This document shows, piece after piece, positions 28,401 through 42,103 of a stretch of DNA of 64,000 nt; positions within the stretch are counted from its first letter, which is position 1, and every line of letters starts with the position of its first letter. The position numbers were made by a program, and so were the translations under genes. Origin of the DNA: Azolla caroliniana (taxonomy: Eukaryota; Plantae; Polypodiophyta); assembly GCA_043228905.1 (NCBI GenBank), contig JBHGNT010000013.1, positions 15,500,001 through 15,564,000 on the forward strand. Reading direction: 5' to 3'. The notes under the pieces were generated by a model. It was not told where the DNA came from. It was given only the letters and a program-made list of their open reading frames with translations, and made no database searches.

Positions 28401-28733
28401 CTAATCTTTTACATTATTTCATTAAAACTGATACAAGATAACATGGCAAGAGCACTGTTTAAAGGTATTTTGCTAGTAATGACTGAAGCAGAATCCAACG
28501 GCATTCTAACATTAGTTCCCAACTTCACTCTTTCAAGCAGACTCCAGTTATTGATACACGACAGCGAAGAATATATATACTCCTTCAGTATTATGTATGG
28601 GAGGAAAATATTAGTTACGAAAATATCTTGATACAAATCCCACATGACTAGCTTCATACAATGTGCATGGCTAGCTAGACATATAATCTGATCACGGGTT
28701 GAAATGACATATCAAAGAATGTGTGTTGCCTAC

Positions 28734-31700
28734 TCATTTGCATTGATTTGCACGGAAGTTGTCAGCCGATAGCAGATTCAAGATCAAATGCTCAAGCCTC
28801 TTTGCACCTGGTCCTGGTCTTAACAAAGATGTATCTCCTATTACAGAGCAGGGATCTGTTTCATTTTCAGCCTTGCCGATGCACCATCCACCAGGTGTGA
28901 ATGAATCATCCTTCCGACCCAACAGTTCAGAATCTATTTTATTTAGTACTGGATCATTCTTCGCAAACTTCCTCGCAAAAGGTGCAGAACTCTTATTCAT
29001 AGCTTGAAAATCATTCATAGAAAGCAAAAGAGGGTGTTGCTTCGGTGGATTGTCCCATTTAAGGAAATGCATATCAGAATTAACAGTTGTGTTACTAAAT
29101 TCTTTGCTATTGCAGATGATGGTGTGAAAATAACCCTCCGGCGATGACACAAAGTTAGTGTAGTACATCAGTAAAATGCGGGGGAGGTTGTCCCAACCCC
29201 ATATACAATACTCTACGAAAGGTCTAGTCAAAATCACCCAAGCAGAACCTACAAAAACATTGAAGGAAATGATCAATTCACGCCAGAGTTACTATTGATG
29301 AGATAGAATCAGTGCAACAAAGTTAACAAATAAGTTTACACTAGTATGACATCTTCGAAGTCTTTAAGGAAGCCATAGAGCATTCAACTTTGTCCATTGA
29401 CAGCTCTTACCAGTGAACAATTTAAATGCATTTGGTACACCTCGTCTTTGGGTAACCCAGAAAATATCAGATTTCTTTGACATGTATAAACCAGGATCTA
29501 TTATGATGGGCCTTGCTCGTTGGTACCTGCCCAAAATGTATGCAGTTTATAATCAAGTAGTATAGTGAGACAACCACATGAATTGATTGGGAAGTGAACC
29601 CTTACTCTTTCCAACCAAGTTTACTTGTATGGTCGAGAAAATTCAAATCTCTTGGCAAATAGGAAAGAACATGTAGCAAATCTGTAAAGAAAGAAATTCC
29701 GAACCACATGAGAGCCAGATTCTAATAAAGGGCATTACAGAGTCTATTCTCATCTTATGAATAAAAACCTTTTACGCCAGCAAGAAAATATATATATACT
29801 GTTACAAGACCATGCTAATCTGACAAAATGATAATAAATGGAATATAGCTAAGACAACATGTGTATTTTAGGTAAATCCAAACCTATATAACAGGCAGAA
29901 TTTATCCCTCCAAGTACAGATAGCATCAACGACTTCACACATAGCATGCATGTATTTTTATTGCATCACTACTCTTACAATATACAAACCGAAGGTGCAA
30001 CTTTTCACATGTCACCATTCAAATAAAAAAATGCAGTTTTCTTGAATGCTGGCACCAATTCACTGTCACTTCTCCATATAGTCATACACATTGTATAGAC
30101 AATCATATATAATGGCACAGATACTTGAATTGAGCAACGCTTCAAATTGGGTTACACTGTCTAATGTATCCAATGGACTATGCAGCTTCTCATTGTTGCA
30201 AAAATTCTAATGATTTCATATAATCTAGAATGTCCAACACTTGTGCCACTCAATTCTATCCCTTAATTGGGATGGATTTATTTGCTAATGACATAATCAG
30301 GTGTTAAGGAAATGATATAAAGAGGGGCATACCAATAGAAAAGTATGATTTACATTTCAATCAAATGGTACTATAATGAAAGCACTCCTTATATAAGCTC
30401 AAGAAAAGGAGGTGTAACCTCATCAGTAATGTACTGTGGACATTGAATTCTCCAACTGCTTGTGTTTGATGCTTCTCATAATCCACTAGGATGGTGAGAT
30501 TATTTGTAACTCCTTTACTATGTATAATTGGGATGTCTAGGGATATCTTACATAGTATACGCAAGTGTAAGCTGAAAATGTTAACAAGTGGAAGGCCGAA
30601 AACATTGCATATTCATCCAATTACATAAAGTATAAACAAGAAAAACAATGATCAAACAATCATCCGTCTTAATATACACTTTCTGAAATGTTACATTATT
30701 CATTTGCATAAAGTATTACAATAACGTGACGAATACATCCATCTAGTGTTGTTCATCTATTCATGAATTCTAAGAAAGTCCAAATCAAATGACATTTTCC
30801 ATGACTCTATTAGACCATTAGTCTGTCTAATATGTGCATTGTGTCAGTGGTGATATGAACAAGTAATTGTGATTTAGATAAATGCATATGTGCCTCCAAC
30901 TGATGCTTTTTACACAAGATTACTTGAAAGTGTCTAAGTGACACTGACAACATCTTATAACCTCTTTAAATTTTTTATGTCACAACAAAATCTTTGCAAT
31001 GAAAACTTTATGATCAATATTAATGTCTCAAGCTTCTATAACCTCCTTAAATTTTTTATGTCACAACAAAATCTTTGCAATGAAAACTTTATGATCGATA
31101 TTAATGTCTCAAGCTTCTATAACCTCCTTAAATTTTTTATGTCACAACAAAATCTTTGCAATGAAAACTTTATAATCGATATTAATGTCTCAACCACCAT
31201 AGAGATTTTGTTCATACTCAATTCATCATGCTTCTATTCTAAAACTATCCCCATTGAACCAGTGGTTAAGCTCTAAGCACCTGTATGCCTGCTGGCCCAA
31301 ACAATAAAAACCCTAAATAAATTCAATGACTGCACTCGCTCTAAAAGATTCTATCATGTTAAATCTCAGGACAGCTCACGCATGTCCTATGGGAAAGACA
31401 GAATTGTTTCCAGTGATGCCACCACCTTATTGTTTTACGAAGAATAGCTAATAGAGCTTAAATCTGTGGTACTGACCTATCACTATCAGACAGTGAAAGT
31501 AGAAAAGAAGAAACTGCTCATGTATCCATACCAAAAACACATGCATAAAAAATTAAATGAAAACTTATACAAATATGATAATGGAGATATATCCAAAAAC
31601 ACAATTATGAAGACAAGATTAATCCATGAGAGGGACTTGGAAAAATAAGTATAAAAAACAGACACGAAAAAGAAATGATTCCTTATACAGCAAGATGAGG

Positions 31701-33268
31701 ATGAAGATCTACCAAAAACCTAGATGAGATGCGAACGGAAATAAACATATGCAGATATATAAATCGATGAAGACATAAAACACAGGCATGAAAAAGAAAC
31801 AACATTTATGCTGAGATACACGGATGAAGATATACCAAACATGAAAAGAAAAGAAAATGTATGCAAGAATGAACAAGTACTATAAATGAAACATGAAAAA
31901 GATTAATGTAGATGGATGAGAACGAACATTGTAAATATCCACATAGAATACCTGAAAAAGAAATGGATTTTTACACAAAGAGACAGTGATGGCAACTTAC
32001 CAAAATCATGAACGCATAAGAAAGAAAAAAAAAATATGCAAAGAGACGGAGACATAAGCCAAGAACGTATTATAAAGAAACGGAATTTTAAGCAGACATA
32101 ATGAAACATGCCATAAACTCAGAAAGCGTGCAAAAGAAACGAATTTGTGTGAATAGAGACAAGCATGCAGGCATATACCAAAAACACAGAAGGAATGGAA
32201 TAGAAACGAACTTGTAAAAAGAGAGGCAAGGATGACGATAAATAACCAAAACACAGAAGACATGTACAAAGAACACATGAGGATACATGAAAAAGAAACG
32301 AGAGCTTATTATGCCTAGAGGCGAGGATGAAGACATGTACAAAGAACACATGAGATGACATGCTAAAGAAAGGTTAGCTGTATGCAGAAGGCTGACGATG
32401 AAGACATATACCAAGAAGACGTGGGAGGGAGAGGATGAAGATGGATATGATCAAGAAATGAAAATTGTATGCAAAGAGAGACAATATGTCAGAGACAGTT
32501 CAGGGAAACATGAACAAGAAACGAGGTTTTTATGCACACACACTCACAGAGAGAGAGAGAGAGAGAGAGAGAAAATCACTAACCATCTTGAGTTACGAGA
32601 GGATAATCAGAGCTGCTCAGATTGATGAACCAGTCCCAGTCTTTGCTTTTCTTCAACAAGATTGCAGCAGCGTGAAGAGTGGAAGCCACCATAGTCGGGC
32701 CTTTGTAAGTAACAAGATTGGATTTTGCGATAACATGGACATTATCGAACTGAGAGAAGGTCGGATGAAGCTTCACGAACCTGATGAGATCTACACGTTC
32801 ACGGGGAGAAGCTTCTCTGTCGAGATGAAGAACATACTGGTTCCTCGGATGGTAGAGTGCAAGAAGAGTTCTTCGAGCCTGCAAGCCATCGCCTTTGGAG
32901 CCTGAGATAACGTAGGCCAAACGAGGAGTAGAAGGGAAGGGAGAAACAGAAGAAGAAGAAGAAGAAGAAGAAGAAGAAGATGATGATGATGATGATGATG
33001 ATGATGACAAAGACGAAGAAGAAGATGATGATGATAATGATGATGATGATGATGATGATGGTGCAACAGATGACGATGATGAAGGAGGAGAGATTTTAGA
33101 CTCTACAAATAGATCATCTGGCTCTCTTATGAAAGCCAAGACTGAGGACATGAAAGCTTCGTGTGGAACATTGGACGTTGAAGAGCTGAAGGCTATGGTG
33201 AGGAGGAGGAGGAGGATGAAGGAAAGAGACGAGGTGAAGATGAGCGGAAGCAACCACTTTCTGTCCAT
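28734..33268 (-). CDS. GT14 (core-2/I-branching family) beta-glucuronosyltransferase GlcAT14-like, about 463 aa; exons 33268-32584, 29681-29606, 29526-29411, 29248-28734
   Basis: N-terminal signal anchor. Motifs PRLAYVISGSKGD, ALYHPRNQYVLHLD, WDWFINLSSSDYPLVTQDDLLH, IIDPGLY, FKLFTGSAW and SSPEGYFHT. Exon lengths 685+76+116+515 sum to 1392 nt, in frame. Confidence 0.96.
30956..31192. repeat. 81-bp tandem repeat, about 2.9 copies, in GT14 intron 1
   Basis: Units start at 30956, 31037 and 31118. This explains the repeated peptide in spurious ORF 30938..31276. Confidence 0.95.
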
Positions 33269-33607
33269 GGATTAAAGATGGATTAAGATGGAGAAGAAGG
33301 GGAAGTTACTCAGCAAAAAAAGCCTTAGGTTTTCCTATACGTTGCGAGAGAAGTGCAGGCAAGGAGGAGGAGGAGGAGGAGGAGGGGGAGGGAGCATTCT
33401 GGAAGTAGCTTCTAAACCCTAGAGAGTCGAGCAGAAAAGATACGGCTGCAGAAGGCGATTCTCTGCTATGGTTCTTCCTACTTCAGCTGGACATGAATTC
33501 CTTCTTCTTCCGTCTTCTTCTGGCGATGGATGATTCTGCTTCTTCTTCTTCGTCTTCTTCTTCTTCTTCTTCTTCTTCTACTTCTACTTCTGCTTCTTCT
33601 TCGACTG

Positions 33608-33646
<39 letters not shown>

Positions 33647-35449
33647 AAGAGCAGGCAACAAACAGCTTTGATAGAGAGAAGAAGCTCAACAACAAGAAAA
33701 GGGGGGGGGGGGGGGGGGGAGTGGGAGTGAAAAGAAAAGAGAAAAAGAGAAAAAGGGGAAAATAAATAAAAGGGAAGAGAAAGAATTACTACACAATTTT
33801 CTTGTCCGGCTAACAGAAGAAGAAGAAAATATTCACGAGTACCACTACCAACCAATACACTAAATACATACTTCTATAATAAGAAAAGAAGGAAGAAAAG
33901 AGAGTTTTGGGTTGGGTTGGGGGGGGGGGGTTGCCCTTCTTCTAAATAGTGGTGGTATTGTTAGTAGTACATAGTAGTGTGGTGGTAATAGTAGTAGACG
34001 AAGAAGAAGCACATCATTTGTACTATTCATACCACCCATGTTTTTCATCCGCGGCCATTCAACCGTGATTCGCCATCTATATCCCAAAGTCGCTTTCCAG
34101 TTTATGGCTTGTGTTTGTGGCAATAAGTCAGACATTAGTGTTTGTAGCAATAAGTCAGACGTTACGTTCATTCGGATTTGCTACAAACACATGTACGTAC
34201 GTACATATATATATTGGCCATACAACGCGTTATATTTTTCGCATGTCCGGGAAAGTGGTTGTTCATTATATCATGTATACATTTGTAGCATCATCACCCC
34301 GCCCTTGCTCCTCGTATTATTAGTAGCATGTGCGTTGCTCTACCAATGCTTAGACCATTGGAGTCGAGCAATATCTCACGGATACGATCTTTGAATTAGT
34401 TCGGGAGCTCTTTTGGTTTAAGATTTTATGTGTGGACTTTGGTTTGGATTGATCTTTAGTAATTAACTACCCAATATTTTACTTTGACAAAAAAAAAATG
34501 TGTTCTTCAAGTAACACTTTGAAAACATATACATATATTCTTTAGCATGTACGATTTCCCACAAGAAGAAGTTAAAACTATATTATTCTAAGAATCATAA
34601 GATGTATGTCAAACTCTTGAGCAATTCAATGAATATATATATATATACAATTTATGCGAGAATCGCTACAATTTCTTGGTTTGGGAATTCCTGAATTGTC
34701 CCATCAATGCAAAACATTTGATGAATCGATTCAATTCACGGGCGATGCTCCATATGGGTTTTTGTGCTCATGGTCTAACCAAATGCTAACGTTCGACCTC
34801 TTTTCTCGCGGTGAAAGGCAAACAGAAATTAAATAACTTTTGCTTTTTCCTCTTAACTTTTGCATTACAATGCTCCCACCTCACAAACTACATATCAACG
34901 CTTTGTGTTAGAAAAGCCGGAAGTGGCGTGCAAGCATGATTTATCCATTATTATAAATGATGAGGTAATGTTGTCATGCCCACCATTGGGACGTGAAAAG
35001 TGAACTTTTTTAACCATTATTCATGAAATATTAACAATGAAGTGTTTGGGTACAGTACAATACCGCAAACTAAAAACATGAATGCTTTTTACTAACCGAT
35101 GTAATGTTAAGACCCTCAGCTTTCGATTTACCCCACAACCTCCAACTCTTATTAAGCTTAAAATTATCTACTTTGTCATCATTTTTATATGTTTGGCTTA
35201 TGAATGTTATTTGTTGTGAACATATAAAGGCAATGTGTTTTATCACGTGGCATCTTGTTCATATCATAACCATTACTTCCTACTTGTTTCCACATCATTC
35301 GCATGAGCACTCGCTCTCAATCGCTTGCTTTATGTTGATATTGTGAAATCCAAAGGCAAGACGATCGCAATGTGTCCTTTCAAATAACTCCACTATCACC
35401 TAACTAGGCTAATGGTTTGTATGGATCAATAGCATTTTGAGTGCGGGGT

Positions 35450-36330
35450 ACATTTTGAGGTTTCAAAAGCACCCTTCTCTCTATTCACATTGTTAAGAAT
35501 GATTATTGCAACTCATTCCTCTAAAGGGTTGGGGCACTATGGCGTGAGATATGTAAAGGGTAGGGATGTAGGAAGTAAGTGTGTGGGATCGTAAGTAGAT
35601 GCATGAATGGCTATTCATGATTGACAACATGTAACTCGAGGAATCCGACCAATGAATCAAGGGAGCAATCCAATTGGTATGAGGAGCAAGAAAATCTCAT
35701 TGAACCCTCATTGTAGTCATTAGTCATGAGAGGAAAATGCTTGAGGGCAAGCAAGGCAACAAGAATGAGAGCTGCAAATGAGAGGAAAGTACACATAGCC
35801 TTTATTGCTTATGGACGAGTAAAAAGTTGCAATTATTGAAGGGCTTAGTCCCCTTGCTCCATACATCACTCGTGCAATATAAGCTTGATGTAACGATATC
35901 AATCGTCTCTCTAGAGAAAGTGAGCGGATAGGAATGAAGGAGACAACCTATCACAACCTCATAGTAGTGGATGATTGTAAGATTATGAGACTTGTGAGAT
36001 TGCATCATAACATCTTGATTGCGATGTAAATTGCCTCGAAAATTGTATGATTTTTAAGTCTCCAAATGTTGTATGCATAGCTCATGCAACATGCACCTGC
36101 AATGTCTAAAAGAGGATTCTATGTTGATCTGAAGGTGGTTAACATCAAACTTGGGACATCAAGTTAAACACTCATCGTATGTGCTCACACCCAATGCCTT
36201 TCTAATGGCATTGAAACAATTCTAAATGGACACGATACCTGAGGTAGAGAATAATACCTAACACTTAGAAACTAAGGGAGAATGGTTTTGTGTCTACCCA
36301 GTGTGTTTGCAATAAACTGTAAAAGTGCCT
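35450..36330 (-). mobile_element. Possible highly decayed LINE 3' fragment
   Basis: A minus-strand reading near 36035-36090 gives YAYNIWRLKNHTIFE, which resembles the IWxxRNxxIF motif of plant L1 ORF2 ends. Many stops, and the boundaries are approximate. Confidence 0.35.
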
Positions 36331-37506
36331 ATTGGACACTTCTCAAAAGTGCTTCATTTTTTATGCTTCAACTAGACCTATCTTATAAGCACTTTTTGCT
36401 CAAGTCTTATATGTTGCTTAATTCGATGTTCTAATGTTATTTCTCTCGTCTTTCTTAAGCATTTTTACCCCGTAAATCATGAAGTTGTGTGTATTAAGTT
36501 TTCTTACAGGTGAGGGCATTCCTAGTGCATCAATCATATTTTGAGGTACGAGAGAGTTTGTTTAGGACTAACTTGATTACTTGGGGCTATGCTTGTGTTC
36601 CATTAACATAACTCAATATAACATTTGGAAATGGTAGGCCTATACTTGAAAAAAACATTTTCATTTGAATGACACTGACAACTAGTAATATAGAAATCGT
36701 TTACAAGCTATGTTGGAATAACATTTGTTTTCGTACACTTATTGTTTTCTCGCATTGACATAACCACATCTTTTTGTTTCTTCACAACTATTTTCAAAGA
36801 TTTAACTTTATTGCAAAGATGCATATCATTTTCCTCATTAATGTACAACAATATGCCCCTTTGAAATCTTGTGAGGTATTGCGGTAGGTTGTAATTCATA
36901 CAATCATGTATATGTGGTTCAAACTTGATTTGCTTTACCTCATAAACTTCACACATAATATAATAAACTTGGACATCATTGACAATTTGATCTAGCAAAT
37001 CAATGTTTCTAAACACATGTGATTGCTTTGATGATTTTATTAATTTTTATCATACATTCACAATTATTGTAATGCGACATTGATGTTTACAACTTCAGGG
37101 GAGTGGCCTCAACATTTGGGGCTCTATGTTTGCTGTTGTATTGATTAATTTTGATTCGAGATCATGCAGACAAGCAATTATTTTATTGTTTCCCAACAAA
37201 CAATCAATGTATAGATTTAGGGGCCGAAAATGATAGATTTGATTATAAAGGGCAATTGATCAAATAATATATGTGGAGGAGGTTCCAACCATTTCTTAAG
37301 GGCTCAACATGTTGAGAGTGATCATTTCGTTCATGACATAATGAAATGACCACGATTTTAGATCAAGGGGTAGCTATGCATGTATCCATAAACATGTAGT
37401 GTAAATGCATTCGTTTACGTACTTATAAAAAAATGAGCGTGAATTGAATGAATAAGACTTTGATATGAGCACCGAAATCGTAAGGCAAAGGTTGGGTCGA
37501 TATGTC

Positions 37507-38318
37507 TAACAATCGACAACGGTTCGGTTCGGTTTGAGAGGGTCCAAACCAAACTGTTTTAAAATTTTGAAACCTGAACCAAACCATGAAACCGTTAAAC
37601 CGAACTGTTAAACAAGTTTCAAACCGTTAAACCATTAAACTGTAAAAACCACGGTTTCGGTTTTTAGCATAGGTCAAAGTTTTAAATTTTTTTAAATTTA
37701 TAATATTTCATTTTTAAAAATTTGAACTTTTTTAAAGAAGTTCCTAAAATGTGAGAATAAGGTCTAAAAATGAAAAGATTGTTTAGAAACAATTTTTAAT
37801 TTAAAAAAAATAAAAAATAAAATAAAAAACCATTAAACCATTTAAACCGCGGTTTTTGGCTGTTAAAACCGAACCGTTGAAACCGTTAAGATACGATTTT
37901 GCGGTTTGGTTCGGTTCAAACCATGTCTTTAGGACCTATTGATCCGAACCGCATCTAAAGACTTATTGATTGTGAAGGGTTTTACAGACAATAAGTAACT
38001 ATAGAGAAGAACAAAATTAGAGTTAGGAGTGACGAGTTGACAACATCTTGGCTCAAGCGGGAATCAAACCATGAAACCATTTTTAAATGGTTTGGGCGTT
38101 CGGTTTGGCTTAGATTATTAGGCGTGAGATTCCTTAACCGATTTGTGCTGAGTTCAGTTCGTCTAGAGCCTTGCCAAACCAGTTAAGCCTTAATGGGTTT
38201 AGGGATCGATCGGTTGGGTTCGGCCTTGTCAAAGACATACCCGGTTAAGCCTTCTTTACCCGTTTAGCTTGAACAAGACAAACCGGTTAAGCCGAAATCA
38301 AACCGTTGCCGATTGCTA
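37507..38318. mobile_element. Non-autonomous hAT-like TIR element (older or composite copy)
   Basis: The left end TAACAATCGACAACGGTTC matches the reverse complement of the right end, TAGCAATCGGCAACGGTTT. Dense AAACCG/CGGTT motifs inside. The flanking 8-mers do not match, so no TSD was found. Confidence 0.7.
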
Positions 38319-38447
38319 AAATTTATACATATCTTCGAAGAAGCAAGAGCTTCTTTGTTCATGTGTATGTTTTTTTATCCTTTCGTAAAAGGTTTTTACG
38401 TGACCGGAAACTTCCTCTCAGAACTTCGTCGGACCTCTCTCTCTCCT

Positions 38448-41119
38448 ATGTGCTCCCGAGGAACAGAGCTGCTATGGGACAAGCTCTTCTTCATCGATCC
38501 CTCCAATCACACTCCTAAGGTAACGCTTTAACAGTGTCCTGTGTATTTTCTCTGATTTTGAAACCCTGAACCTACTCAACCATATGCCGAATTCCATCAC
38601 AGAAAAGTCCTGTATCCCGCTGCTTCAGAAATAAACAGAGAGGGAAGCCACTGTGTATAAACGGAAATTCCCCATCACCTTGCTTCAACCACAAGTTAAA
38701 AGACATCAACTTGTATCCGCCAACAGGTACATCATTTGATGATGACAATTGGTCCCAAGTGCAGTTTCGCGATCGATATACACTTTTGAATCTGATAAAA
38801 TTGTGTGGGAAAGAGAAGAACTTATGGAAAGCTCGGAAATTACATGCCGGTGTTGTCAAGCAGAACTTGATTGCAAAGGATGTTTATATTGCCACTGCCC
38901 TGATTACAACATATGGCAAATGTGGTGCTTTGCATGAAGCAAATGAAGTATTTGAACAGATTCCAGTGCGTGATGTGGTGTCTTGGAGTGCCTTGATTGG
39001 TGGGTATGCCCAAAATGGGCTTGGTCACGAAGCTCTGGAATGCTTTCGAGATATGCAAAACGTGGGAGTATGTCCAAATCCGGTGACTTATGTTCACGTT
39101 TTGAAAGCTTGTGGTATCGTGCGTTCTCTAGAGATTGGGAAAGATATAGATGCCGAAGTAAGAAAGCAAGGGTTACTGGAGAAAGATGTTGTACTTGGCA
39201 CTGCATTGGTTGGAATGTATTCCAAGTGTGGTGCAATGGCAAAAGCACGAGAAGTTTTTGAGCAGCTTCCAAATAGGAATGCTGTGTCTTGGAGTGGCCT
39301 TATTGCTGGATATGCGCAGAATGGACTTGGTGATGAAGCATTGAAATGCTACGAGCAAATGAAAGATGCAGGTGTATCCCCTGATGCAGTTACTTATATT
39401 TGTACTTTAAAAGCTTGTGCGATTGTTGGATCACTAGAGATTGGGGAGCATATAGATGCTGAGGTTAGAAAGCAAGGATTACTGCAGAAAGATGTCGTTC
39501 TTGGAAATGCGTTGGTGGACATGTATTCCAAATGTGGTGCATTGGAGAAAGCTCGGGCATTGTTTGAACAGCTTCCAAAGCGTAATGTTGTGACTTGGAA
39601 TGCTCTTATCACGGGATATGCTCAAAACGGTCTCGGCGACGAAGCATTGAAATGCTTCAAACAGATGCGAAATGTGGGAGTTTGTCCAGATAAGGTAACT
39701 TACATCTGCATTTTGAAAGCTTGTGGCATTGTGGGGTCTCTACAGATTGGGGAAGACATAGATGCGGAAATCAGAAAACAAGGGTTATTGGAGAAGGATG
39801 TTATGCTCGGCACTGCACTGGTGGACATGTATTTCAAATGTGGGGCATTAGAGAAAGCACGTGAAGTGTTTGAGCATCTTCCAGAGAAGAATATTGTAAC
39901 TTGGAGTGCCTTAATTGCTGGATATGTGCAAAATGGGCTCGGTGATGAAGCATTAGAGTGCTTTAGACTAATGCAAAATGAAAGAGTTCGTCCAAATGGG
40001 GTGACTTATATCTGCATTTTGAAAGCTTGTGGGATTTTGGGATCTCTAGAACTTGGAAAAGATATAGATGCCAAATTGAGAAAAGAAGGGTTATTGCAAC
40101 AAGATATTGCTCTTGGAAATGCATTGCTAGATATGTATTCCAAGTGTGGTGTACTAGATAAAGCAAGCGAACTATTTGAGAAGCTTCCAGTGCGAAATGT
40201 TGTTTCTTGGAGTTCCCTGATTGCTGGGTATGGCCAGTTAGGCCAAGCTAATATGGCTTTAGATGTGTACAGCAGAATGAGGTCTGAAGATGTGCTACCA
40301 AATTCAGTTACCTTCATTGTTTTGCTGAATTCATGTAGTCATGCTGGTCTCTTGAAGGAGGGAGAAAAGGTGTTTGATGAAATGTGTGATGTATATTGTC
40401 TCACTCCAACACTAGAACACTACACGTGTATGATTGATCTATTTGGCCGCGCTGGACACTTTGACAAGTTGAAAGCCTTGCTTAACTTGATTCCTTACCC
40501 TGGCCATCTCCCATTCTTCAAAAACATATTAGGTTCTTGCAGAAAATGGAGAAATGTGAAGCTTGGGAGGTGGGCATTTGAGCAATCAATTCAGTTGGAT
40601 ATGAAATGTGGCGCGGCTTATGTCTGCATGAGAAATATATATGCAACAGCCGGAATGCAAGTGGAGGCAGATAGAATTGAAGCATTGAGAGTAAAGAATA
40701 AAGCATGGAAGATAGAGAAATGTTGTTGGTGGATTGATGCCAATAGAAACATGCATTCATTTGTTGTCTCTGATAATAGGCATCCTAAAATTCTACGTAT
40801 ATATGCAAAGCTGGAAGAGATACATTCAAAACTATTAAACGAAGGATATGCACCAGGTAAGCACTTGGTATCACATTCTTTTTCACATGATAAAAGTGAG
40901 GATGTGGTGTGTGGCCATAGCGAGAAACTGGCTATTGCATATGCTCTGATTGATACGCTTGAAGGTGTGCCTATACATGTTACCAAGAACATGTTGATGT
41001 GTGGAGATTGCCATTTGGCTACCTCCCTTTTGTCAAAAATAGAAAAACGTAGGATTCAGGTGAATGATGCGAACCGTGTTCATATTTTTGTTGATGGAAA
41101 GTGTATTTGTAATGATTAA
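38448..41119 (+). CDS. PLS-class PPR protein with E1-E2 and DYW:WW cytidine deaminase domain (organellar RNA editing factor); exons 38448-38519, 38603-41119
   Basis: Four 102-aa P-L-S triplets plus P2-L2-S2-E1-E2. CCWWID at the PG-box position, HSEKLA, CGDCH and HIFVDGKCICND. The 5' exon is inferred from a phase-0 GT-AG intron shared with the paralog, and the true start may lie further upstream. Confidence 0.93.
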
Positions 41120-41634
41120 TATTGATGCTACATTTTCATGTGCAGTAAGAGGGAACCACCCTTTTTTATTGGTTGGGGATCCAAGGACCAAATAATGATT
41201 TTGGGTGGTGTATGTATGGATGACACTAAAGAAAGCCTATGAGGACCTTTGCTTGGATGGATGTCCTAACTTATGTTGTTGCCTGATTTCTAGCAAGAAT
41301 CAACCTAATCTGATGTTCATTCTAGCCCATTGGTGGTCCCATCCACAAATATATTTTTTTGTACAGTGTCCTCGTTTGGACTATTATATGTTTCATCATG
41401 CACGTGAGGAGCTGAACACCCATGCATGTATGTGGGCGAACAATAAACCTATCTTCATGAGTCATTGCTGAAAATGGGTGATACATTTGCTTATGAATGT
41501 GACAACCTGGAATAATGTCTTTAATAATATTGCCCATCTTAGCAGCTTATGATTTACTTCATATTTACCAACTCTATCTGGAATACATACAAATGGCTGC
41601 ATTTCAGAACAAGTGGATTGATGTTTGTTTCAAC

Positions 41635-42068
41635 TAGCAATGGGCGCGGTTCGGTTTCTTGGCCTTGAAACCAAACCAAACCAAACTGTTTAAATTTTAT
41701 GAAGCCATTTAAACCGAATTGTTTAGAGTCGAACCGTTTAAACCAAACCGTTTATGAAAAATTTAGAACCAAACCAAATTGGTTTATCATAAATCAAAAC
41801 CAAACCAAATTGATAAACCTATAAACCTTTAAACCTTCAAAACTTTTAAACCTTTAAACCAAACCACATAAAGCCGAAACTGTTAAACTGCTAAACCGAG
41901 AAATTCAAAACCGAACCGAATTGAAATCGATAAACCGATAAGCCACTAAACCACTAAACCACTAAACCATGAAATTCAAAACCGAACTGAACTGAAACCA
42001 AACCAAACGGTTTACTTATCTTTAAACCAATAAAGGTTTGGTTTGAGCCGAAACCGTGCCCATTGCCA
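41635..42068. mobile_element. Non-autonomous hAT MITE, 434 bp, with 8-bp TSD
   Basis: TIRs TAGCAATGGGCGCGGTT and AACCGTGCCCATTGCCA. Perfect TSD GTTTCAAC at 41627-41634 and 42069-42076. Internal AAACCG/AAACCA arrays. Confidence 0.93.
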
Positions 42069-42103
42069 GTTTCAACTTTGGTTCAAAATGATATTTTTAG
42101 ATT

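Noticed and set aside
40700-41119. DYW:KP (U-to-C editing) assignment for the first PPR gene
   Set aside because: It has WW and HSE and lacks the KP signature and a GRP- or DRH-type ending.
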